Positions 47,141 through 56,800 of a stretch of DNA of 58,415 bases are shown one piece after another. This DNA is from a virus (Duplodnaviria > Caudoviricetes): IMG/VR virus record IMGVR_UViG_3300032236_000753, positions 1-58,415 of that record. One strand, written 5' to 3'. The notes below the pieces were generated by a model. The model was not told where the DNA came from. It searched no databases and was given only the letters and a program-made list of their open reading frames with translations. Every line of letters begins with the position of its first letter. The stretch's first letter is position 1. Both the position numbers and the translations under genes were made by a program.

Positions 47141-47713
47141 ATGTCTGATCAAGAATTTCCCCCTGCGGCTCGCCGCCGTGGTCGTCCTCCTGGGTTTTCT
47201 GTGGAAGAAAATTCGGCAATGGACCAGTTTGAGCCGGTTTCTGAGCGCCCGCCGCTTCGGGAACCTGTTGAAGAAGATTCTCGCGCCCGCGCCCGTAGGC
47301 ACATGGACGAAATTCGGCGTTCTGGCGCTGAAGAAGCCGAAGGCATTGATCGTTTTTGGGCTCCGCAGGCTCCAGAGTACTTCGAGTATGAGTGGAAGAT
47401 GAAATCCGTCATGCAGAAGGAAGATGCGCCGTACCAAATTCGGATGCGCCATGCTGGATGGAAGTTTGTCCCGCTTTCTCGGCACCCCGAGATGTCTCCT
47501 GCGGGCGAATCTGACATTATTGAGCGTGATGGGATGGTCCTGATGGAGCGCCCCAAGGAGTATAATGACGAAGTTCGCGCTCGCGAACGCCAGAAAGCTA
47601 GGGATCAGGTTCGCGCCAAACAGGCTCAGCTTGGCGGTACGCCGGATGGCCAACTTGACCGTGTTAAACCTAAGATTGGCACGTCTTACGAGCCTCTCAG
47701 GATCCCGGAATAA
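47141..47713 (+). CDS. Hypothetical head-module protein
   Basis: YEWK...GWKFVP...GMVLMERP motif; GAGGAG RBS. Confidence 0.65.
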   Translation: MSDQEFPPAARRRGRPPGFSVEENSAMDQFEPVSERPPLREPVEEDSRARARRHMDEIRRSGAEEAEGIDRFWAPQAPEYFEYEWKMKSVMQKEDAPYQIRMRHAGWKFVPLSRHPEMSPAGESDIIERDGMVLMERPKEYNDEVRARERQKARDQVRAKQAQLGGTPDGQLDRVKPKIGTSYEPLRIPE

Positions 47714-47737
47714 AAAAGTTTTGGGAAAACAACAAGG

Positions 47738-47764
47738 AGGGCGGCTTAAGTTAAGCCGCTCTTT
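47738..47764 (+). terminator. Stem-loop terminator
   Basis: GCGGCTTAA-G-TTAAGCCGC followed by TCTTT. Confidence 0.5.
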
Positions 47765-47901
47765 ACATTTAGTTTGGATCGTGTATTTTGAATCTAGGTC
47801 TTAGCACCTACTCCCCCCAGGGAGGGAGTTTTCACTACTATCGGTCGTTGAGTCGCCCCGGTGTGCGATGATTGACCTTCCTGTAAAAAGGAGGATCCGT
47901 C

Positions 47902-48519
47902 ATGGCGAACACCAATACGCCTTACGGTTTCCGTCAGTACAGTGGACTTGGCTCTGCTCCCACATACGAGCAGGCTACCACCCAGATTGCGTCTGCTAAT
48001 ACTACCGCCATCTATTTTGGCGACCCCGTGGTCCAGCTTAGCACTGGCTACATCACTCAGGCTTCGAGCAATTCGACGGCTGTGGCTGGCATCTTTGCTG
48101 GTTGCAAGTACCTTTCTACTTCCCAGAAGCGCACTGTCTGGTCCAACTATTGGCCCGGTTCTGACGCCAACGGCGACGTGACTGCGTATGTTATCACTGA
48201 CCCGAATGCTCAGTTTATCGTCCAGACGGCTAACGCCTCGACGACAGCGACGGCTGTTGGTCTTACCAATGTTGGCAACAACATCGGTTTCGCTATCGGC
48301 ACTGGTAACTCGGCTAATGGCATCTCTGGCGCTTACGCTGACCAGAACACCATTAACACGACTTCCACGCTTCCTTTCCGCATCATTGCTCTGGCGAACT
48401 ACACTCCGGGTGGCACAAGCCCGCTGGTGTCGATCAACGGCAATGACAACACATCCGCCTACAATTCGATTATCGTGACGTTCAACAACGCTACGACGAA
48501 ATCGTTGACTGGCATTTAA
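47902..48519 (+). CDS. Capsid decoration/minor capsid protein
   Basis: MANTNTPYGFR...IYFGDPV...GIFAGC; strong AGGAGG RBS; directly before the MCP. Confidence 0.65.
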   Translation: MANTNTPYGFRQYSGLGSAPTYEQATTQIASANTTAIYFGDPVVQLSTGYITQASSNSTAVAGIFAGCKYLSTSQKRTVWSNYWPGSDANGDVTAYVITDPNAQFIVQTANASTTATAVGLTNVGNNIGFAIGTGNSANGISGAYADQNTINTTSTLPFRIIALANYTPGGTSPLVSINGNDNTSAYNSIIVTFNNATTKSLTGI

Positions 48520-48532
48520 GGAGTAGGGAACA

Positions 48533-49447
48533 ATGGCTGTCAATCTCTCGGCTATTAAGGATCTGCTCCTGCCTGGCCTTCGTGGAATCGAAGGCAAGTA
48601 CGAGATGATCCCGAGTCAGTACGACAAGATCTTCACCAAGCACGATTCGAAGATGGCTCTCGAACGTACTGCTGAAATGCGCTTCCTTGGGTATGCGCAG
48701 CTTAAGCAGGAAGGCGGGCAGACTGCTTTCGATAACGGCGCTGGTGAGCGTTACGTCTACAACCAGGAACACACTGAGATCGGTCTCGGTTATTCGATCA
48801 CCCGCAAGGCGATTGACGACAACCTCTACAAGACTCAGTTTCATCCTTCCAATCTGGGCCTCATTGAGTCGTTCCAGCAGACGAAGGAGATCTACGGCGC
48901 GTCGATCCTGAACAACGCCACCACCTACAACAACGCTGTTGGCGGTGACGGTGTTGCGCTTTGCTCGGCTTCGCATCCGATTGATGGTGGCACGGTCGCC
49001 AACACCCCCACCATCCAGGTTGACCTCAACGAGGCGACCCTGCTGAACGCGATGATTGCCATCCGCACGAACTTCAAGGACCAGGCTGGTCTGAAGGTGT
49101 TCGCTCGTGGCCGCAAGCTGATCGTTCCGCCGCAGCTTGAGCCTGTCGCGATTCGTCTTACCAAGACTGAACTGCGCCCTGGCACAGCGGACAATGATGT
49201 CAACGCAATCCTCACCACGGCTGGCGGGCTTTCCGAAGGCTACATGGTGAACGACTTCTTGACTTCATCGTATGCTTGGTTCTTGCTGACCAACATCGAC
49301 GGTTTGTCGTATATGGAGCGAGTGAAGTTTGAAACCGATATGCAGGTGGATTTCGTAACCGATAACCTTCTGGTTAAGGGCTACGAGCGTTACAGCTTCG
49401 GTTACTACAACTGGCGTTCGATCTACGGCAGCTTCCCGACTTCGTAA
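48533..49447 (+). CDS. Major capsid protein (HK97 fold, Mu gpT-like family)
   Basis: LLLPGL, GGDGVALCSASHP, LIVPPQL and ERYSFGYYNWR motifs; strongly biased codon usage. Confidence 0.85.
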   Translation: MAVNLSAIKDLLLPGLRGIEGKYEMIPSQYDKIFTKHDSKMALERTAEMRFLGYAQLKQEGGQTAFDNGAGERYVYNQEHTEIGLGYSITRKAIDDNLYKTQFHPSNLGLIESFQQTKEIYGASILNNATTYNNAVGGDGVALCSASHPIDGGTVANTPTIQVDLNEATLLNAMIAIRTNFKDQAGLKVFARGRKLIVPPQLEPVAIRLTKTELRPGTADNDVNAILTTAGGLSEGYMVNDFLTSSYAWFLLTNIDGLSYMERVKFETDMQVDFVTDNLLVKGYERYSFGYYNWRSIYGSFPTS

Positions 49448-49464
49448 CCGTAGGAGAAGGCACG

Positions 49465-50658
49465 ATGTCTAATACAGCTTTCTCTGGTCCGTTGATGGTG
49501 TTTGGGCAGAACCCTTACAACCCCAACGAATACAACCCGGACATCGGCGGCATGTCGATGTTCTACGCTGGCGCGGGCATTATGGACCCGCGCACGGCTT
49601 ACACTTACCTGCCAGGCGAAGCTCAGTCTGCGCCTGACTATGGGTGGCTTGGGTTTGACAACATCACAACAATCAATGCGGTTCCTTACACCAAGGCTGC
49701 TGGTGCGATTGTTGCGTCTGCCAACGCTACTTCTGCGACTCTGACGCTTGTCTCTGCTTCTTCGGCTACGACTGGCGTCTACATCACAAGCAGCATGGTC
49801 CGTGCCGATACTGGTGCGGTTGATGCTGGTCCGCTGGTGGCTCTTGATGCTTATACCTCTGTGACGGCTTCGTTCTCGAACGGTGTGATGACGATCACCG
49901 CGAACAGCGCGATGCCTGTTGCTCCGGGTATGGTTGTGATTTCAACCACGGGTACTGTTTCGCAGGGCACTGCGGCTGGTACGCAGGTTGTAAATCAGCT
50001 TACGGCTGGCACGGGTGGCCAGGGTGTTGCTGGTACTTACCAGACTAACGGTAACCTGACGGCTACTTCTGGCACGGTGGTTCTCGCCATCCAGACGCCT
50101 GGGCAGTGCATTGTTCCTAACAATGCTTCTACCCCGAGCGATGTCGCCTGGAATGCCATGACCTTGTACGGGCGCGCTGTTGCGGTTACTGCCGCTGCCA
50201 GCGCCACTGCTACAACGGCTACGGTGAACGGTTATGATTGCTATGGTTTCCCGATGACGGAAAACATCACTCTCACTGCCGGTTCTCAGGTGTCTGGCAA
50301 GAAGGCGTTTAAGTACATCAAGTCTGTCGTTCTCAATGCGGCGGATGCGACCCATGCTTATTCGGTTGATACCACGGACATTTTCGGGCTTCCGATCCGC
50401 TCGGACAGCTTCGGCGATGTTCTTGTCAACTACGCTTCGTCGTTGACTGGTGTCACGCTGATCACCGCAGCCACCAACTACGTCGCCAGTGACCGTACTG
50501 CGGCCTCTGCGACTACAGGCGATGTCCGGGGCACCTTTGGTGCATTCACGTCTTCCACGGGCGCGAACAAGCTGGTCATTCGTCAGTCTCCGCAGGCGTA
50601 CATGACCACCACGGCTAACCCTGGTCTGTACGGCGTCACCCAGTACTCTGGCTTCTAA
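49465..50658 (+). CDS. Virion structural protein
   Basis: MSNTAFSGP start; T/A/G-rich beta protein; GKKAFKYI motif. Confidence 0.7.
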   Translation: MSNTAFSGPLMVFGQNPYNPNEYNPDIGGMSMFYAGAGIMDPRTAYTYLPGEAQSAPDYGWLGFDNITTINAVPYTKAAGAIVASANATSATLTLVSASSATTGVYITSSMVRADTGAVDAGPLVALDAYTSVTASFSNGVMTITANSAMPVAPGMVVISTTGTVSQGTAAGTQVVNQLTAGTGGQGVAGTYQTNGNLTATSGTVVLAIQTPGQCIVPNNASTPSDVAWNAMTLYGRAVAVTAAASATATTATVNGYDCYGFPMTENITLTAGSQVSGKKAFKYIKSVVLNAADATHAYSVDTTDIFGLPIRSDSFGDVLVNYASSLTGVTLITAATNYVASDRTAASATTGDVRGTFGAFTSSTGANKLVIRQSPQAYMTTTANPGLYGVTQYSGF

Positions 50659-50668
50659 GGAGTAGACC

Positions 50669-51112
50669 ATGAAGGGTCATAAGGCACATCATCACCGCAA
50701 GCATCATGCTAAGGGCGGTTCCGCGCATGAGGACACTGGCACTGAAAAGGGCCATTGGGAAGAGTCTGCTGAAACCGGCACGGATGAGGCGGATCAGGAT
50801 CTTAATCGCAAGAACATGGACTACACTGCTCACAGCAATGTGACGGGTGAGGCCGAGAAGCGCAAGCGTGGCGGTCGTACTGCTCGCAAGCACGGCGGTC
50901 ATGTCCATCACGAGGCTGGCAAGCACATGGCTCACGCCAAGCATCTTGGCAATGTCCATGGCGAGCATGGCGGTCATCATGCTGGTCGCAAGCCTCGCAA
51001 GGCTGGCGGTCGCGCTGGTGCAGACATGCATCCTTTCTCCTCTGCCATGCACGGGTCGCTTCCCAAGGGCCGCAAGGTCGAGAAGATGACTATGGGCGGC
51101 GACAAGGAATAA
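50669..51112 (+). CDS. His/Lys/Gly-rich protein with four xxxGG motifs
   Basis: 22 His in 147 aa; HAKGG, RKRGG, RKHGG, RKAGG. Confidence 0.75.
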   Translation: MKGHKAHHHRKHHAKGGSAHEDTGTEKGHWEESAETGTDEADQDLNRKNMDYTAHSNVTGEAEKRKRGGRTARKHGGHVHHEAGKHMAHAKHLGNVHGEHGGHHAGRKPRKAGGRAGADMHPFSSAMHGSLPKGRKVEKMTMGGDKE

Positions 51113-51133
51113 TCCTTTCGCAGTGGCTTAAAG

Positions 51134-51156
51134 GCGGGGGCTAAGGCCCCCGTTTT
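51134..51156 (+). terminator. Rho-independent terminator
   Basis: GCGGGGGC-taag-GCCCCCGT-TTT. Confidence 0.7.
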
Positions 51157-51171
51157 ACCATGGGGGAATCG

Positions 51172-51417
51172 ATGGCTGGCGCTTGGACACGTTCAGAAGG
51201 CAAATCTCCCTCTGGCGGGCTTAATGAAAAGGGCCGCGCTTCTCTTCGTGCTGAAGGGCACGATATTAAGCGCCCACAGCCAGAAGGCGGATCTCGCAAG
51301 GACAATTTCCGTGCTAGAATGTGCGGGATGAAGGAAAAACTAACTTCTGCAAAGACGGCTCATGATCCCAATAGCCGAATCAATTTGGCTTTGAAGAAGT
51401 GGAACGTCAAATGCTGA
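51172..51417 (+). CDS. Small basic protein (DUF6321-like)
   Basis: GKSPSGGLNEKGR...F-x-ARM-x-GMK...DPNSRIN...W. Confidence 0.65.
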   Translation: MAGAWTRSEGKSPSGGLNEKGRASLRAEGHDIKRPQPEGGSRKDNFRARMCGMKEKLTSAKTAHDPNSRINLALKKWNVKC

Positions 51418-51581
51418 AAGATCGTCCTTTTTGGGAAAAAGAAGCCCCAAAAGATGCTCGTGTGAAGCATTTGGACAAAAGCCAAAAGCAATCTGCTAAG
51501 GCGATGGCTCGGGCGGCTGGTCGGCCATATCCAAATTTGGTCGATAACGTAAGGGCCGCTAAAGCGGGCAAAAGGAGCTGA
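51411..51581 (+). CDS. Small basic hypothetical protein
   Basis: AKAMARAAGRPYPNLVDN motif. Confidence 0.6.
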   Translation: MLKDRPFWEKEAPKDARVKHLDKSQKQSAKAMARAAGRPYPNLVDNVRAAKAGKRS

Positions 51582-51583
51582 TT

Positions 51584-52366
51584 ATGACTGGTATCGTCAA
51601 TCAATCTATCACCCGTGTTGGCAGATACGAGCCGTTTGAACTTCAAGTCTCTCGTAGTCAAATTACGTTTCACTCTACCCAGAATATTTTTGGGTATGGA
51701 ACCACTCCCTCTACCGCTGGTTTGTTCCGCACGGTTTGGGAAAACATGACGACGACTGACTATGTGTTTCCTTCGTCCGCCACCACCATGACTTTGACGG
51801 GTGGCGCTGGAGACACGGCAACGATCACGATTGTTGGTTTGGACGCCAATTACAATGTTTTAACTGAAAACCTTGCCCTTAATGGCGCGACAGGCGTTAC
51901 GACCGCTAATTCTTATTTTCGCATCAACAGCATGTATGTTGCGACAGGAAGTGCCACAAATCCAGCTAATGCGGTGACGCTGACCAATGGCGGCGTAACC
52001 TATGCGCAGATCAATACTGCAACCATAAATGGCGTCACAGGTAGCGTTGGTACAACGCAAATGGCGGTTTATACGGTGCCAGCGGGATATACATTTTATG
52101 GTTTCCGTTATGGCGCTTATTCGTCATTCAATGGAAATAGCGCAAACTATACCACTTATCGCGCCATCACCAATTTATCATCTGGTGTGCAGCGTATTAT
52201 TGTTCAAACGCCGTTTAACACAACATATGAAGTGCAACGCCATTTCCCGTTTCCGTATGTTGAAAAAACTGATTTGCGGTTTCAAGTTGCACCTAGCGCC
52301 GCCGCTGCCGCTGTTGTTAGCATCAATATCGGCGGTGTGCTAATAAAGAATGACGGCGATTTGTAG
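51584..52366 (+). CDS. Virion structural protein
   Basis: Beta-rich; TITIVGLDANY, FRIN, QMAVYTVPAG and EKTD motifs. Confidence 0.65.
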   Translation: MTGIVNQSITRVGRYEPFELQVSRSQITFHSTQNIFGYGTTPSTAGLFRTVWENMTTTDYVFPSSATTMTLTGGAGDTATITIVGLDANYNVLTENLALNGATGVTTANSYFRINSMYVATGSATNPANAVTLTNGGVTYAQINTATINGVTGSVGTTQMAVYTVPAGYTFYGFRYGAYSSFNGNSANYTTYRAITNLSSGVQRIIVQTPFNTTYEVQRHFPFPYVEKTDLRFQVAPSAAAAAVVSINIGGVLIKNDGDL

Positions 52367-52375
52367 GGAAATTAA

Positions 52376-53065
52376 ATGGCAACGAGCAACACATACAATT
52401 ACAACCCGTCGCTAGGCGAGCTTGTTTTGTATGCCTTTAACTTGATTGGCATTCGCAATACTGCGTTGCTTCAAGAACATATGGAAGCTGCCAAAATGGC
52501 GGCTAATTTGCTGCTGGGGCGTTGGTCATCACAGGGTGTAAATCTGTGGTCTGTGGATCTTCAGACGATTTCATTGGTGCAGGGAACAGCTACCTACACT
52601 GTTCCATCTAACACAATTGTTATGTTAGACGCTTATGTGGTTGTAACCAACGGCGGATACACCACAAACCGGCTGATTTTGCCGATTAGCCGCACAGAAT
52701 ATGCGTCTTACCCTAACCCTAATCAGCAAGGTTTCCCAACAACCTATTGGTTTGACAGGCTTTTGTCGCCAACGGTGACATTGTGGCCCGTACCAGATGG
52801 TAATGAAACTTCATTCAACTATTATCGTGTGCGTCAATTGCAGGATGCTGCCTTGGCCAGCGGTACGCAGGTGGAAGTTCCATATTATTTCCTAGAAGCT
52901 TTTGCATATGGCTTGGCTGTGCGGTTGGCTATGATCTTTGCCCCTGAAAGGGTAGGGTTGCTTAAGCCTATTGCTGATGAATCTTACCAGATTGCGGCAA
53001 GTCAGAACGTAGAAACCGCGCAACAGTACATAAGCCCTACAATTAGTTCCTATTTCCGCGCATAG
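52376..53065 (+). CDS. Putative head-tail adaptor/connector protein
   Basis: GVNLW, ISRTEYA-x-x-PN, QG-x-P-x-x-YWFDR and LWPVPD motifs. Confidence 0.6.
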   Translation: MATSNTYNYNPSLGELVLYAFNLIGIRNTALLQEHMEAAKMAANLLLGRWSSQGVNLWSVDLQTISLVQGTATYTVPSNTIVMLDAYVVVTNGGYTTNRLILPISRTEYASYPNPNQQGFPTTYWFDRLLSPTVTLWPVPDGNETSFNYYRVRQLQDAALASGTQVEVPYYFLEAFAYGLAVRLAMIFAPERVGLLKPIADESYQIAASQNVETAQQYISPTISSYFRA

Positions 53066-53074
53066 GAGGCGTAA

Positions 53075-53809
53075 ATGGCATACGCTTCTCAAGCTGGCCG
53101 AGCTAGAACTAGCGCAAGATCCCCGCAAGCACATGCGATCTGTGATAGATGCGGGTTTCGGTACAATTTTGTTGACTTGAAATGGCAATTTGATTGGCGT
53201 GGCGCTGCTTTGCAAAACCTAAAATTGTTGGTTTGCAATACGTGCTATGACACACCTCAAGAACAACTGCGCGCTATCATTGTACCTGCGGATCCGACAC
53301 CGATTGTGCAGGCTCGCCCAGAAAATTATGCTTTAGATTCAACAAATTACGTCACAACCTCTGCACCAACAGTTTATGATTCTAGAACAGGTATCCCGAT
53401 ACCATCTACAACAAATGTTGTGGATCAAAACGGCAATAATGTAACTACGCAGCCTGTTGGCCCGCCATTGGGTCTTGCTCAAGGCGCTGTAATGCCGGTT
53501 CAAGAGGGAATTACATACGGAACTCAACTTTTCCCGTTATCTGTGTATTCTTTTGGAACTCCAGAAATAACGGTTACTTTTTCTTCCAATCACGGCTTGT
53601 CTACAAATGATCAAATTTCCGTTTTGGGGTTGAGCAACAATTTAGCCAATGGATTTTTCTCGATCACGTTCAAAACGAACACCTCCTTCACCTACCAGGC
53701 AAATACTGCTATACCTTCAGGGTCTCTTTTGCAGGGGACAACTAGGATGATCACGGCTATAGCGGGTACGCCGTGGAACTATAGCCAGATTGTCCAGACG
53801 GGGCCATAA
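53075..53809 (+). CDS. Zn-finger-containing structural-module protein
   Basis: AICDRCGFRY...LLVCNTCYD; C-terminal NHGLSTNDQI beta domain. Confidence 0.65.
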   Translation: MAYASQAGRARTSARSPQAHAICDRCGFRYNFVDLKWQFDWRGAALQNLKLLVCNTCYDTPQEQLRAIIVPADPTPIVQARPENYALDSTNYVTTSAPTVYDSRTGIPIPSTTNVVDQNGNNVTTQPVGPPLGLAQGAVMPVQEGITYGTQLFPLSVYSFGTPEITVTFSSNHGLSTNDQISVLGLSNNLANGFFSITFKTNTSFTYQANTAIPSGSLLQGTTRMITAIAGTPWNYSQIVQTGP

Positions 53810-53811
53810 AC

Positions 53812-56800
53812 ATGTCCAACATCACTATCCCCGGCTTGCCAGCGGCTATATCCTTAAATGGAACAGAAGAATATTTGGCTGTTCAATCAGGTTCTTCTGT
53901 TTACGTAACGACCTCGCAAATCGCCAGTTATATCAACACCAATTACCCTGCGCCTGGGGTTTCGCGTGTTTCAACTTCTGGGCCCATAACTGGTGGCCCA
54001 ATTACATCTACAGGTACGATTGCGCTCCAAACGGCTGGCGTAACGAATGCTTACTTGGCAACGATGGCTGCTGGAACGGTAAAGGCAAACGTAACGGGTG
54101 GCACAGCTACTCCAACGGATGCTACACCTAGTTCTATTTTGGATCTTTTTGGCTCCACGCAGGGCATGACGTTATATCGCGGGGCAAGCGGCTGGGCTGC
54201 TCTGGCTGGCAGTGGAACTAATACGCTTTTGAGTCTTAGCGGCTCAACATCCAACCCAGCATGGCAGACGCTCTCCTATATGATCGACAACGCGATCAAT
54301 AGTTCGTCTGCGCAAGGCACAATTTTGTATCGCGGCGCTTCTACGTGGTCTGCGCTGGCTCCGGGAACAAGTAATCAATTTTTGCAAACGAAGGGCTCTG
54401 CCGCAAATCCCCAATGGTCAACTACCGTTACAAGTGTTGATGTTAGTGGCGGAACAACGGGGCTTACCACCAGCGGCGGGCCGATTACCTCAACTGGCAC
54501 GATTACATTAGCTGGTACGCTGGCTATTGCTAATGGCGGTACAGGGCAAACTACTTCTTCCGCAGCTTTCAATGCGTTGTCGCCAATAACCTCAACGGGC
54601 GATTTAATCATTGGCAACGGCACAAACAGCGCCACACGACTTGCCATTGGGCCCAATACCTATGTTTTGGCTTCTAACGGCACAACCGCATCTTGGCAAC
54701 CTGCCTCGGGCGGCGGGTCTGGAACTGTAGCAGCCGGAACGGCTGGCCAGCTTACATACTATGGATCAACTGGCACCACAGTATCCGGCAATGCTAACGC
54801 CACCATTAGCGGCGGCGCTTTGACACTTGGCGTTGCTGGAACAACAGCGGGTAGCCTGCTCTTTTCTGGCAGCACCTCTGGCGCAGTGACGGTGAAATCT
54901 GCCGCTGCGGCTGGAACTTGGACTATGACCCTGCCGACAACGGCGGGCACCAATGGCTACGTGCTGTCTACGGATGGAACCGGCGTTACAAGCTGGATCG
55001 CCACATCTGGCGGTGGCGGCACCGTCACCAGTGTCAACGTCAGTGGCGGCACAACAGGTTTGACAACCAGTGGTGGCCCAGTTACGGGGTCGGGCACTAT
55101 TACCTTGGCGGGTACTCTAGCTATCGCCAATGGCGGCACGGGGCAAACAACAGCTTCTGCCGGATTTAATGCTCTGTCACCAATTACATCGACTGGCGAT
55201 CTTATTATTGGCAATGGGACCAATAGCGCGACACGCCTTGGAATTGGGACAAACGGTTACGTTCTAACCTCTAATGGGACAACAGCAACTTGGGCGGCAT
55301 CGACCGGTGGCGTAACGTCGTTCTCTGCGGGCTCAACGGGGCTTACGCCTAACACGGCAACGACTGGGGCTATCACGCTGGCTGGCACCCTTGGCGTTGC
55401 CAATGGCGGCACGGGAGCCACAACCTTAACTGGTTACGTTAAGGGAAGCGGAACAAGCGCGTTAACGGCAGCATCGACAATTCCCAATACGGACATTACT
55501 GGGTTGGGAACCATGTCCGTGCAGGCTGCTACGTCTGTCGCCATCACTGGCGGCACAATCAACGGCACAAGCGTTGGCGCTACAACTCCTAGCACAGGCG
55601 CGTTTACGTCTGTTTCCGCCAATCTATCGACTACCGGGGCTTTGTCAGCCGGTGCTTATTCGTATGGATCGCTTTCTTACAGCGATACCGGAATTTTTGC
55701 ATCATACAATACCTCCACAAACAGCTACGCCCAAATCATTTTGGCCAACGGTAGTGCGGGCGCTGCTGCTTCGACTGACTTCATTGTTGGCAACAACAAC
55801 ACGACTGCCACAACATATTTTGGTGATTTTGGTATGAATAGTTCCGCATTTAGCGGAACTGGTTCTCTAAGTGCCCCGAATGCGGTTTTCTTGTCTTCTA
55901 CTTCATCGGATCTGGTGATTGGCACAACCACATCAAACGCTATCCGGTTTGTAGTAAATAGCGGCGCTACCGATGCGATGACCATCGGAACATCGGGCGC
56001 GATTACTACTGGAACGTGGAACGGCTCTGCAATTGGTATTGCATATGGCGGCACTGGTCAGACAACCGCTTCTGCGGCGTTCAACGCCTTGTCGCCTATC
56101 ACGACAACTGGCGATTTGATTATCGGTAACGGCACAAACAGTGCGACGCGCCTTGGCATTGGCGCGAATAGTTATGTGCTGACTTCCAACGGCACGACTG
56201 CTTCGTGGGCAGCGCCTACTACTAGTTCTAGCAGCTATACCCGCACAAGTTTTACGGCTACAGGCGGACAAACCACATTCAGCGTTACCTACACCGTTGG
56301 GTACATTCAGGTTTATCTGAACGGCGTGTTGCTGAACGCCTCTGACTACACGGCGTCGAATGGCACGTCGGTTGTTTTGGCGGTTGCCGCTTCTTCTGGC
56401 GACATCGTTGAAACCATTGCCATGAGCGTGACTTCTGTCGCGATCCCCGGCACGTACACACGCACGACGATTACAGCGACTGCGGGGCAGACAAGCTTCA
56501 CAGCGACATACACCGTTAACTACGTTCAAGTTTACGTAAACGGTATGTTGTTGAACCCGTCTGATTACACGGCTACGTCTGGCACAGCCGTGGTTCTGGG
56601 CGTGGCGGCGTCTGCGGGCGATTTGATTGATGTTGTCGCGTTGACGGTTGGACCCGTGACAGGCGGCGCATTTATCACGGGTACGCCTACCGCTGGAACA
56701 TTAACGTCTTGGACCAATAGCACTGCTATTCAGGGATTTGCGCCGTCTGCTACTGGCGATGTGCCGTTTTCGACTGATGGGACGACATTTGCGTCTACGC

